A DNA stretch of 64,000 bases from Bigelowiella natans CCMP2755. Lineage: Eukaryota; Protista; Cercozoa. The DNA lies in NCBI GenBank assembly GCA_000320545.1, contig ADNK01000067.1:1-64000 (forward strand), read 5' to 3'. A program made the translations under genes and the position numbers. The notes below the pieces were generated by a model that searched no databases, was not told where the DNA came from, and worked only from the letters and a program-made list of their open reading frames with translations. Shown here piece after piece: positions 15,139 to 29,673 of this stretch (positions are counted from its first letter, which is position 1; each line of letters opens with the position of its first letter).

Positions 15139-16795
15139 TAGAAATGTATATGCTGCTACGGAAGTATATTGTGTGTTTGTTGGAATTATTATTTTGCATC
15201 ATCATCCTTGTCACCTTATGCGCCGTTACCACTTTAACATCTCATCACCATCACCATCATCAATATCAATCATCGTCATCATCATCATCATCATCAGCAT
15301 CGTCGTAATTTAGTTTCAGTTGACCTCATCTATATGGCAAGTTTTCCCATCATTACAGCTTTACTCTGCTATATTTTGTCCATGCCTGCAGGGATTGGTG
15401 TTTCTCTCCCTTGTCGGTGAAGCTAAGAGGCAGCTCCTCTTTCCATCTGACAAGGCCAAAAACCAAGCCGAGTTTATCGAAGCTTTGATGAATCTCTGCT
15501 CATCAAAGACGAATCGGGCGGCAAGGTACGATACACATGCATATACGCACATAAACACACAATCTCATTATCATCATCATCGTCATGATTGTTGTTGTTG
15601 TTGTCATCGTCGTCGTCGTCATCGTCAGGTTCGGTGGCGTCCAGGTTTTGGCCTCGTTGATGAGGTAGTTACCTTCGCAACGTAACTGCTGCAGCAAAGA
15701 CGTTGCGAATCGACGCCTTCTATTTTGAATTTTCAAGGAAATGAATGTCCTTTCTCAAATAACACACCTAGCATCAGCAGGGAATATGAAAGGATTAGTG
15801 TCTTTAGTACTAGTATCGTCGTTGCAGCATCTTCATCATTCTTCACGGTGCCATAACTAGATCATCGAAAGACCGAGAAAGAGATTATAACAAAGAACTC
15901 GCAAAATTACGTCAAATGGCCTCAAAAGGTCTCGGCCCAGATCAATCAGCTCAATTAGCAAAGGTAAACACAGGGGGGGACGGGGGGTTACGGCTGGATC
16001 TTGATATCAACGGGATGATAAGTGTACGAGGGGGAGGGGTTAGCAAGGTTTTACGCATGAGCGAAAGTTTCTTCATGATACGCCGTTATATCCCGATTTG
16101 AGTGTGATTTTCTGCCTCGTTTCCTATTCAACTTCACCCAGAAGAATGCTATGTTCAGTTGTTATCGCTCGTATTGCTCTCAACCCCTCATTAGGCGGCT
16201 GGCCCCCCTGCATTAGCGAAAAGGGCTGCTAATTACCTCGTAAAGAAGGGTAAACAACATGGCATTAAACTGCATTATCGGCACAAAAAATAATATATAC
16301 ATTAATTATGCATAACATGATTGTGGAATCTACCCTTTAACCCCCCCTCCCCCTCCCCCTCCCTGTTGGCTCAGGTGTTATATCTGTTCTCGTATGCACG
16401 GCTAGCGCTTACAAGCACGATAGCAATGGCAATGGTGATGAGGGGGAGGAGGACGATCTGTCTATGAAAGAGGGAAAAACCCAGGATGCGACCACTTCAA
16501 GCCGAATGAAAGGTTGGTTAGTGTGTGAGTGTGAAGGTACTCTTTGTTGCGAGCGCATGTTTGAGCAATGGTGCTCCCTCCCCCACTCACCCACTTTCCT
16601 CATTTTCTTTGCAATTAATTGAATCTCTGCTAATTCCACGGAGGCTGCTACTATACTCACTCTTTGCCAATTCTTCTATTCGTCATTTGACTCACTACAC
16701 ACAGCGAGGAGCAAATCCAACACTGGTATGTTAGCTATTGTAGAGATGTAGTAGAAATAGAAACTGCAAAGTCGAGGAAGATCGCTCACATATAT

Positions 16796-16878
<83 letters not shown>

Positions 16879-16923
16879 AAAGGGATGGGGGAGGGGCAGG
16901 CTCACATCCAACACACGCATGCA

Positions 16924-16959
<36 letters not shown>

Positions 16960-17267
16960 ATTTATTATAAAATATGACTATGTCTGTGCACAGGAATGAA
17001 TGAGAAAATGGTTGAAGCCATGGCCTTCTGCTTCAAAGTAACCATTGAATAGTAGCACGCCTAACGAGATAGCGAAATGCAAGATCAGAGAAGTTTTATC
17101 AGACACACACACACACACACTAAAACGTTGTTGATATTCTAACCATCGCTTCGTCTTAGAAAATTGCTCAAGATGAGGCAAATAGAGGCCTTCTAGTGCA
17201 GCAAAAGGGGCTACGACTACTTTCAGAATTGTAAAATATATTTATTTATTTATTTATTTATTTATAT

Positions 17268-17304
<37 letters not shown>

Positions 17305-17461
17305 TAATATCACGTCTAAATCCTTTGTCGTTGTGCATATACAATACAATAATGAAGATACAATCTGGCCGCTGATATCATGGACAAACACGGAGGACCT
17401 GACTCAAAGAAAGGTAGTAGTAGTAGTAGTAGTAGTAGTAGTTGTAGTTGTTTGTTGTCGT

Positions 17462-17496
<35 letters not shown>

Positions 17497-17959
17497 CAGT
17501 AGTGGGAATGAAAGAATAATCCCCATCACCAGCAGCAGCATCAATGTAATATAAATTGTTTTTATAGTAAGGCTACTCATCATTATCATTATCATCATCA
17601 TTATCATCATCACCATCACCAACAACAACGATATTCGCAAGCAAATCGTCCCTGAACCTCTTTCTATTCAAAGGAATGTGGAGAGAAGACTGCGCCGTTG
17701 CACTGGGTATCTCTCTCGACGTGCTTTAATGATGATGAAGAAGAAGAAGAAGAAGATGATGATGATGAAAAATTGCGAGGTCCACGCACCTGCCAAATCA
17801 TCAAATCAAATAAAATCATCATATGAGATATGATACACTGGTAATAATTTGGTACAATTTGCCAAACTCCTCTCCTCTTTATACCGTAAAACGACGCATA
17901 CAACCAGCACGAGTGGCAATAACAACTAATCCCGCGCTCTATCCCACGGTACATATATG

Positions 17960-18006
<47 letters not shown>

Positions 18007-18495
18007 ATCTTCGGTGATATCTGAAAGGAATAAAGGCCATTGTAGGAGACCGAGCTACCAAACAGCTGACTCGAAAATCTGATTTCAATGACGTGAACTT
18101 ACTTCGCTTTACTTCCCTATTTGTGTACATGTCCAAACGGATAGAGAGAGGGAGAGAGAGAGAGAGGATAGATACGTCAGGCGCTACTGCCTCTCTGCCC
18201 TTCTGCAGTATATTGCTACTACTACTACTTCTACTACTAATAATAATAATAATACTCATAATACTGCTACTGCTACTACATGATAGGGTTCAATGTACTC
18301 AATGGTCAGGCCTCTCATATGGCTCTTTAATGGTAAACTTCCTCGCCTCAAATGGCTGATTTAGCAGCAGGAAATCTTGCAAATGTATCATGTCTTTGGG
18401 GTGGTAAGTAAGTAAATTGTAGCAGTCGCTATTGTAGCTTTAATAGCACCATCTGGATTGAAGGAGGAATTTGCTACTGATTGACGGATTCTCAT

Positions 18496-18526
<31 letters not shown>

Positions 18527-19041
18527 AGCAGCAATAGCTTGTTGTTCTTCGATTCTTATTGATTTATATGTATATAATATTGATATATTCTCCAAATGAT
18601 ATTAGATGCAAGCCACGAATTGCATCAATTCGAAGCAGGATTAGGTGGTGGACTCCTCTATTAATTACTATTATTATTAATTACTATTATTATTTTTTTA
18701 TTTTTTATTATTATCATTATTATGATTATGAGCCTTTGTTTTATTTGTCATTCTGAATAATAGTGTGTCATCGTTTCTCCTTATTTGATGTCTTACTTAA
18801 ATTAAAATGCGTGTTATCAGCGTCTGATTCCTTCTTTATATCGGTGTTCTTCTTCGTTGTCCTTCCTCGTGTATTTGCTTGCCTATGTCAGGCTTAACAA
18901 ACATCGCTAGTACTGACACACAAGTGAGAGATTATCTGGTAATAGCACACATGCGTGTGTGAGTGAAAGTGGGAGAGAGAGAGAGAAAGCATTCAATTTT
19001 CCTTCTGGCCACTAATGTAATTAATCGCTCTATTCTTATCC

Positions 19042-19074
<33 letters not shown>

Positions 19075-19163
19075 TGCCTCTACGATTACAATCGAAGGTT
19101 ATGAACGGTGCATGGTCCGCATGTATCAACCTGCTAGCATCCGAAAATCAACAGGTATACACA

Positions 19164-19205
<42 letters not shown>

Positions 19206-19930
19206 CTTCAACGAGTCACTTGACCATTATTTTCATCATCATCATCATCACCACCACCATCATCATATTGCCTGATTGCTTTCTCCCACCGTTCTTCATC
19301 ATATTTCAAGATACAACGCGTTGGTATAGAATGCATGGCCAATTTAGTCGTGTGTGAGAAGTCCTTTGAGGTCGGCAGTAACAGTAATAGTAATAGTAAT
19401 AGTAGTAGTATTGCTGTGCTGCATTGACACTATCTTCTTATATGCCCTTCCTGTTTCCATGAGATATTCGTAAGGATGCACGTGCGTTGTGTTGAATATT
19501 ATCGTATGTATATCAAATATGGTATGCAGCCCTCTGATCTGACCTAGCCCTCCTTCCTCTTCCATGCTCTTGCATCTCAGCGCTTGAAAAAGAGCGAGCA
19601 AGACATCAAGCTGTTCCTGCTGTTTGCCAAAAGCGATGATTTGAAGTGCCAGATGGTACTGCTCTTACTAATACGACTAAAAGGGCTAGCTTGCAAGAGA
19701 ATCTGTCGTGATTATTGTTGTGCGTGCTGTAGGCTGCGAGCGGCGGTCTCGCCATGATGTCGCAAGATCCTGATATCGCCAAGGAAGTTGTTCGTCTGGG
19801 CGGGAAGAAGGTCTTAGAGGAGATCAAGGCAAACGCATCAACGGCCGCCGCCTCTTCTCCCGATCCTTCGCATCAAGCTGTTTTAGCTAGGGTGAATGTC
19901 GCACTTCAATATATCCAGGAGTGCGCATAG
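8900..19930 (+). CDS. UNC45: UNC-45/CRO1/She4 (UCS) myosin chaperone: N-terminal TPR plus armadillo/UCS domain, ~40 exons
   Basis: TPR exons MERALGLKEE/GNKLFRGKN/WSKAAGKYTEAL, IKTLQRRAKAYH...AIK/DLTSLLKKEPKH; UCS-type motifs GLVFLSLVGEAK, IAQDEANRGLLVQQKG, ELHQFEAGL/GLTNIAS, IQRVGIECMANLV, QDIKLFLLF, AASGGLAMMS; stop at 19928-19930. Confidence 0.88.
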
Positions 19931-20523
19931 AATGAAGTCTGACGATGCATCTGGATCAGGAATCAATCGAAGTAAGCAGTGAATGAAGGAGCACAGACGC
20001 AGGCATGAACCTTGCTGCGAAAGATGAGCATAAACACATTGCAAATCGCACTTTGTGCAAAAATATGTGGCTAAGCTAGCTAAGATGTAACCCGCACTGA
20101 CTGTGGCACATGGCACTGCAGCTAGTGATCGCGTACGTGTGCACATGTCAATCAATTGCAATGGCATGCATGATGTGTGAAGAGCTAGAAGGCGTATTTG
20201 AGCAAACATGATAGGTTATGGATGGGTGACGATGATGAGCGACTACACTTCTAGACTTGCTGTCGATGCGCACTAATAGAACATGGACACGCAAACTTGC
20301 GATGTCTTTCTCTCTGTCATCTCTCATGATCTTGTTGCATGACAGCAGGGGTAGGCATGTGTCCGCTGAGCTTGCCAGCTAGCCACGCGTGCACGCATCG
20401 TTAACACAAAGAACAACCGAAAGAATTTATAACAACATTTTATTGATCGAAAGTTGTTCAATGTGTCTTTCCAACGCGAACGCTATGACAGAAACAACCA
20501 AAAACGACGCATCTTCATTACCA

Positions 20524-22815
20524 TTACCATCCTGTGACTTCTCTGAGAATTTTGCCTACGAATCGCATATGAGGTGCAGATTGGAACACGTAGTCGTCGG
20601 ACAACTGTCCATACACATCAAGGAGGCCCCGTTGTACTTCATGGGCTTGAGGAAACCTGCATCAATAAGAATGAAAGAGGAGGAGGAGGAGAATTTGAGG
20701 GGAAATGCTCGATGTAGTTGTTTCTGGGATGCCTTCTCTTTGAACGTGATATATGTTCTACAATAATGAAAACCTTGGTGCGGCATGTACGCTTATTGTT
20801 TTTCAATAGCAGTGAAAGGCGTGCAACACATTTTATTTTGGCACTGCTATTACTACTACTGCTGGTGGTACTACTAGTACTAGTACCTATCCTTGTCCAC
20901 ATAGCCCCCGACGCAAGGCTTTAATATGACGATGCCGTTTGCCTCTCCATACTTTGCAAAATCAATGTCCATCCCCGAAAAATCATGACAGCTGTTGGTC
21001 AAAAGGACCATGTTGCAAGAAGAGGAGGAGGAGGAGGAGGAGGACATCGATGCTGCTTGCTGACACTTATCAGGAATGTAGATGAAACCCTTCTCGTTGA
21101 TGCCGACTCCGAAGTCGTCCATGTACAGCGTCTGGTTGAATTCGAACACGTTCTCAGGCTTGAAGTTCCCCGCCCACTGCACTTTGTCCTCCTTGAAAAC
21201 CCTAATAATTACGAGGAGGTGGAGAGTCATTCGATGATCTATAACAACAAAATCAAAAGAAGAAGATAATAAGGTAGGAGAAGAATCTATTTATGGCGCT
21301 CTTTCTCGTATCTGCCTTATGATGATTGGTTGATTACCATCGAAGGCATTCTCCAGGCCCATCAAATCCAGCAGCTTCGGAGTGGTTGTAATAGGGAGTT
21401 GAGTTGGTAGGGAGAGTGTGGGGGAACGGTTGATCATTCACGAATTTCACTTGAGACTCTGGATCTGTCAACATCTGCGCATATAACGCCTGCACGTTTG
21501 CGACCGCACCTGGCGCATAGGGCATAATGCAAATATTCAATATCTATACTATATACGAGTTTCTCTATCACCGACACACACCGCAATATACTTTATCAAT
21601 TCCATAACATTTCTTGGCCGAGTGACTCTAATGACAGCAATGCATGAAAATGAAATCGTCATTATCATCATCAGTGCTATCTTCTTATGAACTCCTTTAT
21701 ATATTTATTCTTCATACCCTCTAAGTAGCAGCGGTCATGCGTGGGGCGGAACAAGTAGACACGGTCATCGAATAGGTTCTTTACGTCGTCAATGCACTCA
21801 GTGTGCTTAATTGGGTTTTGTCCACACGCCCTGCAAACACAAAGAAGCATTGGCAAAATCATCATCTTTAGAATGTGGTTAGGTGGCGGAGGATGAGAAC
21901 TATTTTCTTCCGCAGATGCTTTTGGAGGGTATTTCTTTGAAAATTGTAAGGGTATTTGTAACAAAGAGAGCACATAGATGATATGTTTTGGCGACAGGTT
22001 TTCCAGCCACATAGCACGGCTACCATCATTCTCATCATCGTCAGCATCATCATCATCATCATCATCATCATATTGCACTCAATACTAACCTTCGAGGATA
22101 ATCGGGCAGCATTCCTACATCGACCCATTGAGGATGATTCTAAGTAAGGAAGGGGCATTCGAATATATGCAAACTTTATCAGAATGACTCTAATTACTAG
22201 TTCCGTTGCCAAAACCGATTGCTACGACAAATCCGACACACACACACACGTATCCTGTCCTCTCACTTTCCACCTTGCAGTGATCATATACGAGCGTCTC
22301 TCCGTCCGGACAACCGTCACAGTTAGGCACAGATGTTTCATTGGTGGCCTTCACAAGTTGGTCTCCAGGAAACTTTGTCACAGCACAGTGGTAAGGCTGG
22401 CCCGAGAACACGCAGGCTCCGTCAACCATCGAGTTGAAGGTGATATGAAACTAATGGGATGTTGTTAAATGATAGGGCATGATGGGTTTGCTTTCAACAA
22501 AAGGCATGGTGGGTTTTGCTTTGACTTTTCAGAGGATTATTATTATTACACCTGATGCGCAAAGTCTCCAGCATGGGAGCAGCCCGCAGTGATAACACCA
22601 CCCTTTGTGATGTTGAGTCTAGGGACTTTGCCACCATCGCTTCGTGCATATCTGATTATGATTTTATGCTCGTTATTATCCCGTCAATATATATTATTCC
22701 AATAAATATCTACAGCTAAATTCTACACGCCTAAACGATTAGTGCTGCAATGGTCTTACAAGGCGAAAGCTGGTACGCTGAGTGCAAGCGAGAGAAGGGA
22801 GAGTGAGGACGGCAT
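20524..22815 (-). CDS. Secreted poly(3-hydroxybutyrate) depolymerase-like alpha/beta hydrolase (fungal PhaZ-like), multi-exon
   Basis: Signal peptide MPSSLSLLSLALSVPAFAL; VITAGCSHAGDFAHQ/FHITFNSMVDGACVFSGQPYHCA; VYLFRPTHDRC (Asp); PFPHTLPTN (His); GFDGPGECLRW; GFIYIPDKC; AKYGEANGIVILKP; C-terminal RFPQAHEVQRGLLDVYGQLSDDY...GW-stop. Confidence 0.8.
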
Positions 22816-23770
22816 CTTTGGAAACATACGTAACCATGAGTTCTCTTAACGCACATCCATGAGCAAAATTGCAATGATACACACAAGCATTAAAAAACGT
22901 AAGAAATATACGCGTTGGTCAACACATAATTTGCTCTTGCAAGGGTAAAGGGGGAGGGTGCTCCGACAGACCTCAATTCTTGATCCAATGACGTAAATGG
23001 GTTGGTTTTACGTACTACGACAACCGAATATGAAGGTAGTTTAGCAAAGTAGGACGTTAATCCAACTTCTTTCTACTGAGTATTCATTTTCTTGTCGAAT
23101 GAATTAAATCTGTTACATTTGGATCGTCTTAGAGATATTGGGGAATTACATCAAATTTATATCTAGCGACATAGGATAACAAGATAAAAAAAAGTACCAG
23201 AAATTCACAGAAATAATGCTTCATTAAAAGTCATTCCTCTGTCATTTTTATTGTCGCGATGTGGTGAGCAAATGGATTTGAATGAAACTCTGTAATATTT
23301 GGGCTGTTATTGTAGATCTTATCGCTTTAATCTTCCAAGGGATCCCCGACACAAAGACGTTAATTCAACAAATGAATGTCGTTTACATGTAAAAATAGCC
23401 TTTTCTTTTGGTGTAGAACAGTTACTGATCAACACTCTGATCAAAATCTGACTAGTGTGACACGTGGCCGGTGAGTGACCCCCCCCTTTACTGCATTTCC
23501 GTACCAGTCCCCTGTTGTTTTACTTTGCAATTCTTTATCACCACCTGAACTAAAATTTAAAACATGAAGCAACGTTTGGCTGATTTGTAGCGATGAATGT
23601 GCACAATGGTCGTTCTGAAGACTCTACGACAATGATAGCACATGAGAACACACAAAAACTACCTGTAGATTTCTAGGCTTTAAACGAGTCCCCACACATT
23701 AAAACAAGGAGCACGATGGCGTGTTCGTTCGTTGAATCAATTCCTATACTGATTGGATGAATAATTTCAG

Positions 23771-23995
23771 ATGTTCAAATCGCTTCTGCTCGCTCGAAGA
23801 GGCATGGCCTCACCTGCCTCCCGCTGTGTGTTTCAACGCTCCGCGCTGTCACCCACTACCCACTCGAGACTCTTCTCTAAGATGCAATCCCCCGCTTCAG
23901 AAAGTAGCTCTGGCGTAGTTGAGAAGCCAGTCATCGTACAGAAATTCGGAGGAACTAGTTTAGGAACCCCGGAGAAACTTGAGAAGGTTTACTCT

Positions 23996-24046
<51 letters not shown>

Positions 24047-24655
24047 TATTGCACACTTCTCGAGCACTGTTTCACCCTCTTATTCATACACACTTCTGTT
24101 GAACTAATGTTCTAATTGTTCTCGTCGTTCCAATTACCATGCTGCTAGGTGAAGAACATCATGTCTGATTGGCATCATAAGGTAGTAAGATAGTAGTGTT
24201 GTTGATGATCTATTAATATTCACTGAGTTTTTTGTTGCGGTTGGGAGGAGATTTAGAAGAGCAAGCATTAACAATCTGGAGAATTATTGATTTTTATGCA
24301 TGCATCTGTTTGTCCACTTACAACTACCTTAAATGATATCAGCCAGCGAAATGTATCGCTGTTGTGAGCGCCATGAGCAGGTACTATCAGTCGTCAGTGT
24401 GTGCATCATTCTAACCAACACTTCTGCCTCGGCACCTATTGGCGCAACATAATAGCGCACAATAGTAATATATTTGCCTTCCTTTATCATCGTTTGATCC
24501 GTGATTATTATCAGCTACACTAAGTCGGAGGGAACGACGTCACGCCTTCTCGCAGCTGCTGATGCTGCGGTACTTGTTTGCTCACTAAACACACACTAAA
24601 CACATACACAGCCGTTTTCACATCTTCTTCTACTGTTCATTTTATCCATATATAA

Positions 24656-24703
<48 letters not shown>

Positions 24704-24830
24704 AAATATTACTATATAGGTAAATCGGGGACGCTTTGGACCGATCATCGATAAAATTGAGGTTAGTTCTGATGATATCCATGATAAATAGTAACACAAA
24801 TGATGGTATGTTGCTCTGGTCCCGCAGTAC

Positions 24831-24881
<51 letters not shown>

Positions 24882-25292
24882 TCTCTGCCTGTGCTTTAAA
24901 GGACACACATTTAGCGATCGTCTTTTCTATGCTTAAAGACCACGCTGTAAAGGTATAAAGGGGGGGGGGGTTGTCCAAGAGGCAGGGAGAGTATCAGTAG
25001 CCTGAGGAGAAATATATCAGAAAAAGAAACATGAGGACGACAGCAACGACGAGATAACAGAAGTAACAGCAGATATTCAATATTCCAGGAAATGGCACGT
25101 GAGCATGTAAATGGCGAGCTTACACATCTGAAAAGATTTCTCGAGTCTCTTACGGTGCTTCTTAGCTACTACTTCTACTACTTTTATAATAGTCACATCG
25201 TCGATTGAACACGTAACAACCCCATAACTCTAATGCTGCATGAAACATCGATTCTTCTCTTTTATAATTTGCTTGTACACACGAACGCTAAG

Positions 25293-25330
<38 letters not shown>

Positions 25331-26266
25331 AGTTTTTGGCAGCAATCATGTACACAGCTTCTTTCTTTTCTTCTCCTTGCCGCTAATATTGCATATTCAA
25401 CAGGTCATCAGAGAGCTCTCTGGAAGGTCAATGGACATGATTGTTGGCACGGGAGAAAGGTGAGCAATACTCTCAATAATGAGGAGATTAGGCTAATGAT
25501 GATGATGATGATGATGATGATAATGATAATAGTAGTACGGTGCAGCATTCCAAAAGGCAACATTTCAACAACACTGCTAAGAAAAGCAGCGTGCAATTCA
25601 TTCTCTCTATCATGCCTTGTATTAAACCACTTCGCAAACACATGCTGCACTACTAGTGTCCCAATAGAATATGTTTACAATCACATTGCGTTGGCTATAA
25701 TACATGCAGATTATCTACTACCTCTCACACTTGATATAACAGCGATGTGGATGTTCTCCCTCTCTCAGCGTATCTTCGTTGTATTCCGTTCATTTTTCTT
25801 CCTAATTTATTGCGTGCCTTAGGTTATCGGCCGGTGTGATCGCAGCCGTGCTGCAGCAGGTATATTTATCGTTGTTTTTCTTCCTTCATGAGTCGAGAGA
25901 AACATGGCCACGATGATAGTAGCAACACTGCTAGTCGTACGTGCTTTGAGCCGTTCAGATTCTCATATGATATGTGTATATTACATATCTTACCCTTTGG
26001 CAGGAGGGAATCCCTGGAGAGTACGTTAATCTCTCGAATCTCTTCGATGGCATTGATGCCTCTCAGACTGGATTTGCAGAGCTTGCGAAGAACCGCATTG
26101 GTGTGTGTCCTCTTACAGTTGTGGCCATTAATAGTGTGTGTATTCTCTAGGAGCTGTTTAGATTGTTGTGAAGTATCTTTTGACAGCAGATATACATATG
26201 ATACATATATTTATACATTTATATATTCTTGCTACACATTTTTGGGGGTGGGGGGGGAGGAATACA

Positions 26267-26299
<33 letters not shown>

Positions 26300-27635
26300 C
26301 ACACGCACACGCACACGTATGTTTACTTAGCTCAAGCTTATATCCTCATGTAAAATATAAAAATTAGCCGAGACTCTGATTCCATTGCTTAACGAGGACA
26401 AAGTGCCGGTGGGTGGCTGTGCTTGCAGCACAACAAAACGATGATAATAATGATTGATTCTTCTCTAATCTCTCTTGAACGATAAATACTAACTTCGTAT
26501 CGTCGCCAACATGTTGGTTATGCAACGCCATCACCACGACATAAAGTCAAAATGCCGGTGATTGTATTCACACACTGCTGCTACTCATGCTATTACTCCT
26601 CCTCCTGCTTTCTTTCAGGTTGTGACTGGATTCCTAGGGCACGTAGATCAAGGCATTTTGGAGGGCATTGGAAGAGGATATTCGGATCTTACGTCAGGAT
26701 TAGTTGCAGTAGCTACTGAGGCAAAAGCTCTACAGGTGATGATGATGATGACGATGATTGTGATGATGATGGTGGTGATGATGATGATGACTTTCATGCT
26801 AGAAATTACGGTTTCACGTGTGTGCGTGTATGTGGTTTGTTGATCCTCCCCCCACCTCTCCTCCTCCTCCTCCTCCTCCTCCTCCTCCTCACTAATCACT
26901 ATCATAGGTATGGAAAGAAAGTGATGGTATTTTCACTGGAAATCCAACCAAGGTACAAACCTACATTCGCACACCTGTTGTTGTTGTGAATGTTGTCCTT
27001 ATTCATCCCCCCCCCTCTTCCTTCCTCTTCAGCTTGACAACGCTCGTCTCGTGTACCATGTGACTCCGAGAGAGGTAATTACTAGCAGTATCACTACACC
27101 TCATCATCGATAAGGCTAGTAGTAGTAGGAGGAGGGATTATGATTGATGATGGTAGAATTGAGGAGGGAGGAAGATGAAGATATTAATCCTTTAAGCACG
27201 TATTTCACGTAAGCATTGCCCTGAAACAAAGACACACATATACTGTACAATTCGGTGATTGATTCAATGATGATAAGGCCGCGGAACTTACGTATTTTGG
27301 CAACGAAGTACTTCACCCCTCCACGATGGGTATAGACAGTAGTACAAGCAGAGGAGGAGGAGGAGGAGGAGGAGGAGGAGGAGGAGGGGAAGAAGGAGAG
27401 TAAGAAGGAGGGATTCAGGGTTGGGCATATTTGTAAGCTTAGATGTTGGTAGTGTTGATATGATGATGATTATTATTATTATTATTATTATTATTCTAAT
27501 TTATGCGATTGGTGACTTCCTACTCGATTGCGCTATGTTAGAATCGACTATCAAGCATAGCGTCCCCGTCCACATCCTCAATACGTTCAAACCGGTAATA
27601 AAAGCAACAAACTTCTCTTCCATCACGTTCGTGCA

Positions 27636-27673
<38 letters not shown>

Positions 27674-27891
27674 AGTGCTTTAGATATATTGTACGTTAAA
27701 AATGTGTATGCTATTCTCAGGAGTCAAAGGGTACAATCGTCGAGCCACGGTCCGAGGTATACCATTACGTATCTATCACACACTGTAATAATATGAGGCG
27801 TGGGTGAGAGTAGCAGCAGTGGAGAAATGATGGCTATGGTACTGTTCGGTGTTTGCGTCGTTGCATTCATAACAATCAATATAATCTCATT

Positions 27892-27922
<31 letters not shown>

Positions 27923-28576
27923 GCTTACAAACATAGATTCACCTTCTACATTCCAACACAGCACCCCTCCCGGGGCGTTCTGGCAATATCATCAAAGAAA
28001 GGCATCACCATGCTCAATATCTCTTCCAACAAAAAACTGGGGTCCACGAGCTTCCTCGGTCGTGTGTTTGCGAGAGCGGAGAAGCACGGCATCAAGGTGC
28101 TGTACTAGTAGCAATAGTAGTAGTATTCATTGTTGTTGTTGTTGTTGTTGTTGTCAAACGCGCGCGCAGTAGCATAAACAATTGTCACCAACGCTGTTCT
28201 CATGCGTCATCGTCGGAACCGTGTATTTCTTCACGTTGTATTCTTAAATCGCGGCAAGAAGAAGTGTGTTGGCGCTTGATTTCAATTGAAACCAAACCAA
28301 TAGAGGCAGAAGAACCTTGCATGCAAATAATGATATCACTACTGCTACTTTTTCGAATAAGAATGATAATAATGATAATAATACTAATAATACTAATATT
28401 AGGTGGATTTGATCTCTACGTCCCTCGTGAATTTGTCCTTCACCGTGCATGAATCGGTAAAAGATAGTAGGCTTCAATCACACCAGCAAACAACAAAAAG
28501 TGATATTTATTAGCTGTGATGATTCGATGAAAAGGGGTAGTACGGCGCATACACACGCACACACACACGCACACAC

Positions 28577-28614
<38 letters not shown>

Positions 28615-28691
28615 GCAGGTCACACAGAAACAAATATCTGAATTCACCGAGGACTTGGGCGACATCGGGTAGTAAATGATGATACTGATAC

Positions 28692-28722
<31 letters not shown>

Positions 28723-29673
28723 AACGTTTTCATTGATTGTAAAAAGCCCGACGCAATGATTCCTTGTGTGTGTAAGACAACACCACCAATCCATTCCTCT
28801 CAATCCAATTACAATGCAATAATTCCAGGAAAGTCTCCGTTAGGAAGGAGAGAGCCATTATCTCCGCCATTGGAGAAGGGATGCGATCTAATAGGTAATA
28901 AACTGTGGCCTAGTACAAATCATAGATACAATTCGTTTCAATAGCTTTAAATCTTTTGATATTTTGGGTCGTCATTATTCTCACCATCATCACCATACCC
29001 ATAACTCGGTGTGCTTTGGCAGGGGGCTTGCTGGCAAAATGTTCACGGTAACAATGACAATATAGGACATGCTTCTTCACTCAGCGATTGTGCGGATAAC
29101 ATCGATTGGCGCATATCTCACAGCTGAATGTTTAAACGTATGGTGGTCGTGTTGCTGCTGTGTTGCGTGCATTTGGCTTTCAGTGTCTTGGACAAGAGGG
29201 CATAAATATCGAGATGATTTCTCAGGTGGTTATCTCCATAGTCTCTATGGGCTGCTGATACACGAATATTTGATGGACCTCATGAATGAAGAATGAAGAA
29301 AACAATATATAGCTCCTGTGCGAGACTGCATATCCACAGTAGCAGCACAGCCGATGTCGAGAGATGTTAATTGTCCACACACACCTGTCCAAACCCCCCC
29401 TTATCCACATGATAGGGAGCGAATGAGATCAATATGTCCGTTGTCATTGACATGCACGAGCAACAAAGAGCATTGGAGGCGGTATTACAGAATGAATGAA
29501 TGAATGAGTGAATGAATGAGTGACGATGATGCACATGCCGTAGCGTGTTGCTTGTTGTTATTGCTGGCAATGCTTACTGACACACCGACTACTGGTACTA
29601 CCACCATATTATGTGAATAACGTGCAACTAGGTTCATAAAACATTCATTGAAGCTGACGGTGAAAGTGTCTAA
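23771..29673 (+). CDS. HOM3: Monofunctional aspartate kinase (kinase domain plus 2 ACT domains) with N-terminal mitochondrial-type presequence
   Basis: VIVQKFGGTSLG, IAVVSAMS, GTTSRLL, DMIVGTGER/LSAG, VVTGFLG, GIGRGYSDLT, VWKESDGIFTGNP, AAELTYFGNEVLHP, VDLISTSLVNLSF, RAIISAIGEGM, GINIEMISQ/GANEINMSVVI; stop TAA at 29671-29673. Confidence 0.95.
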
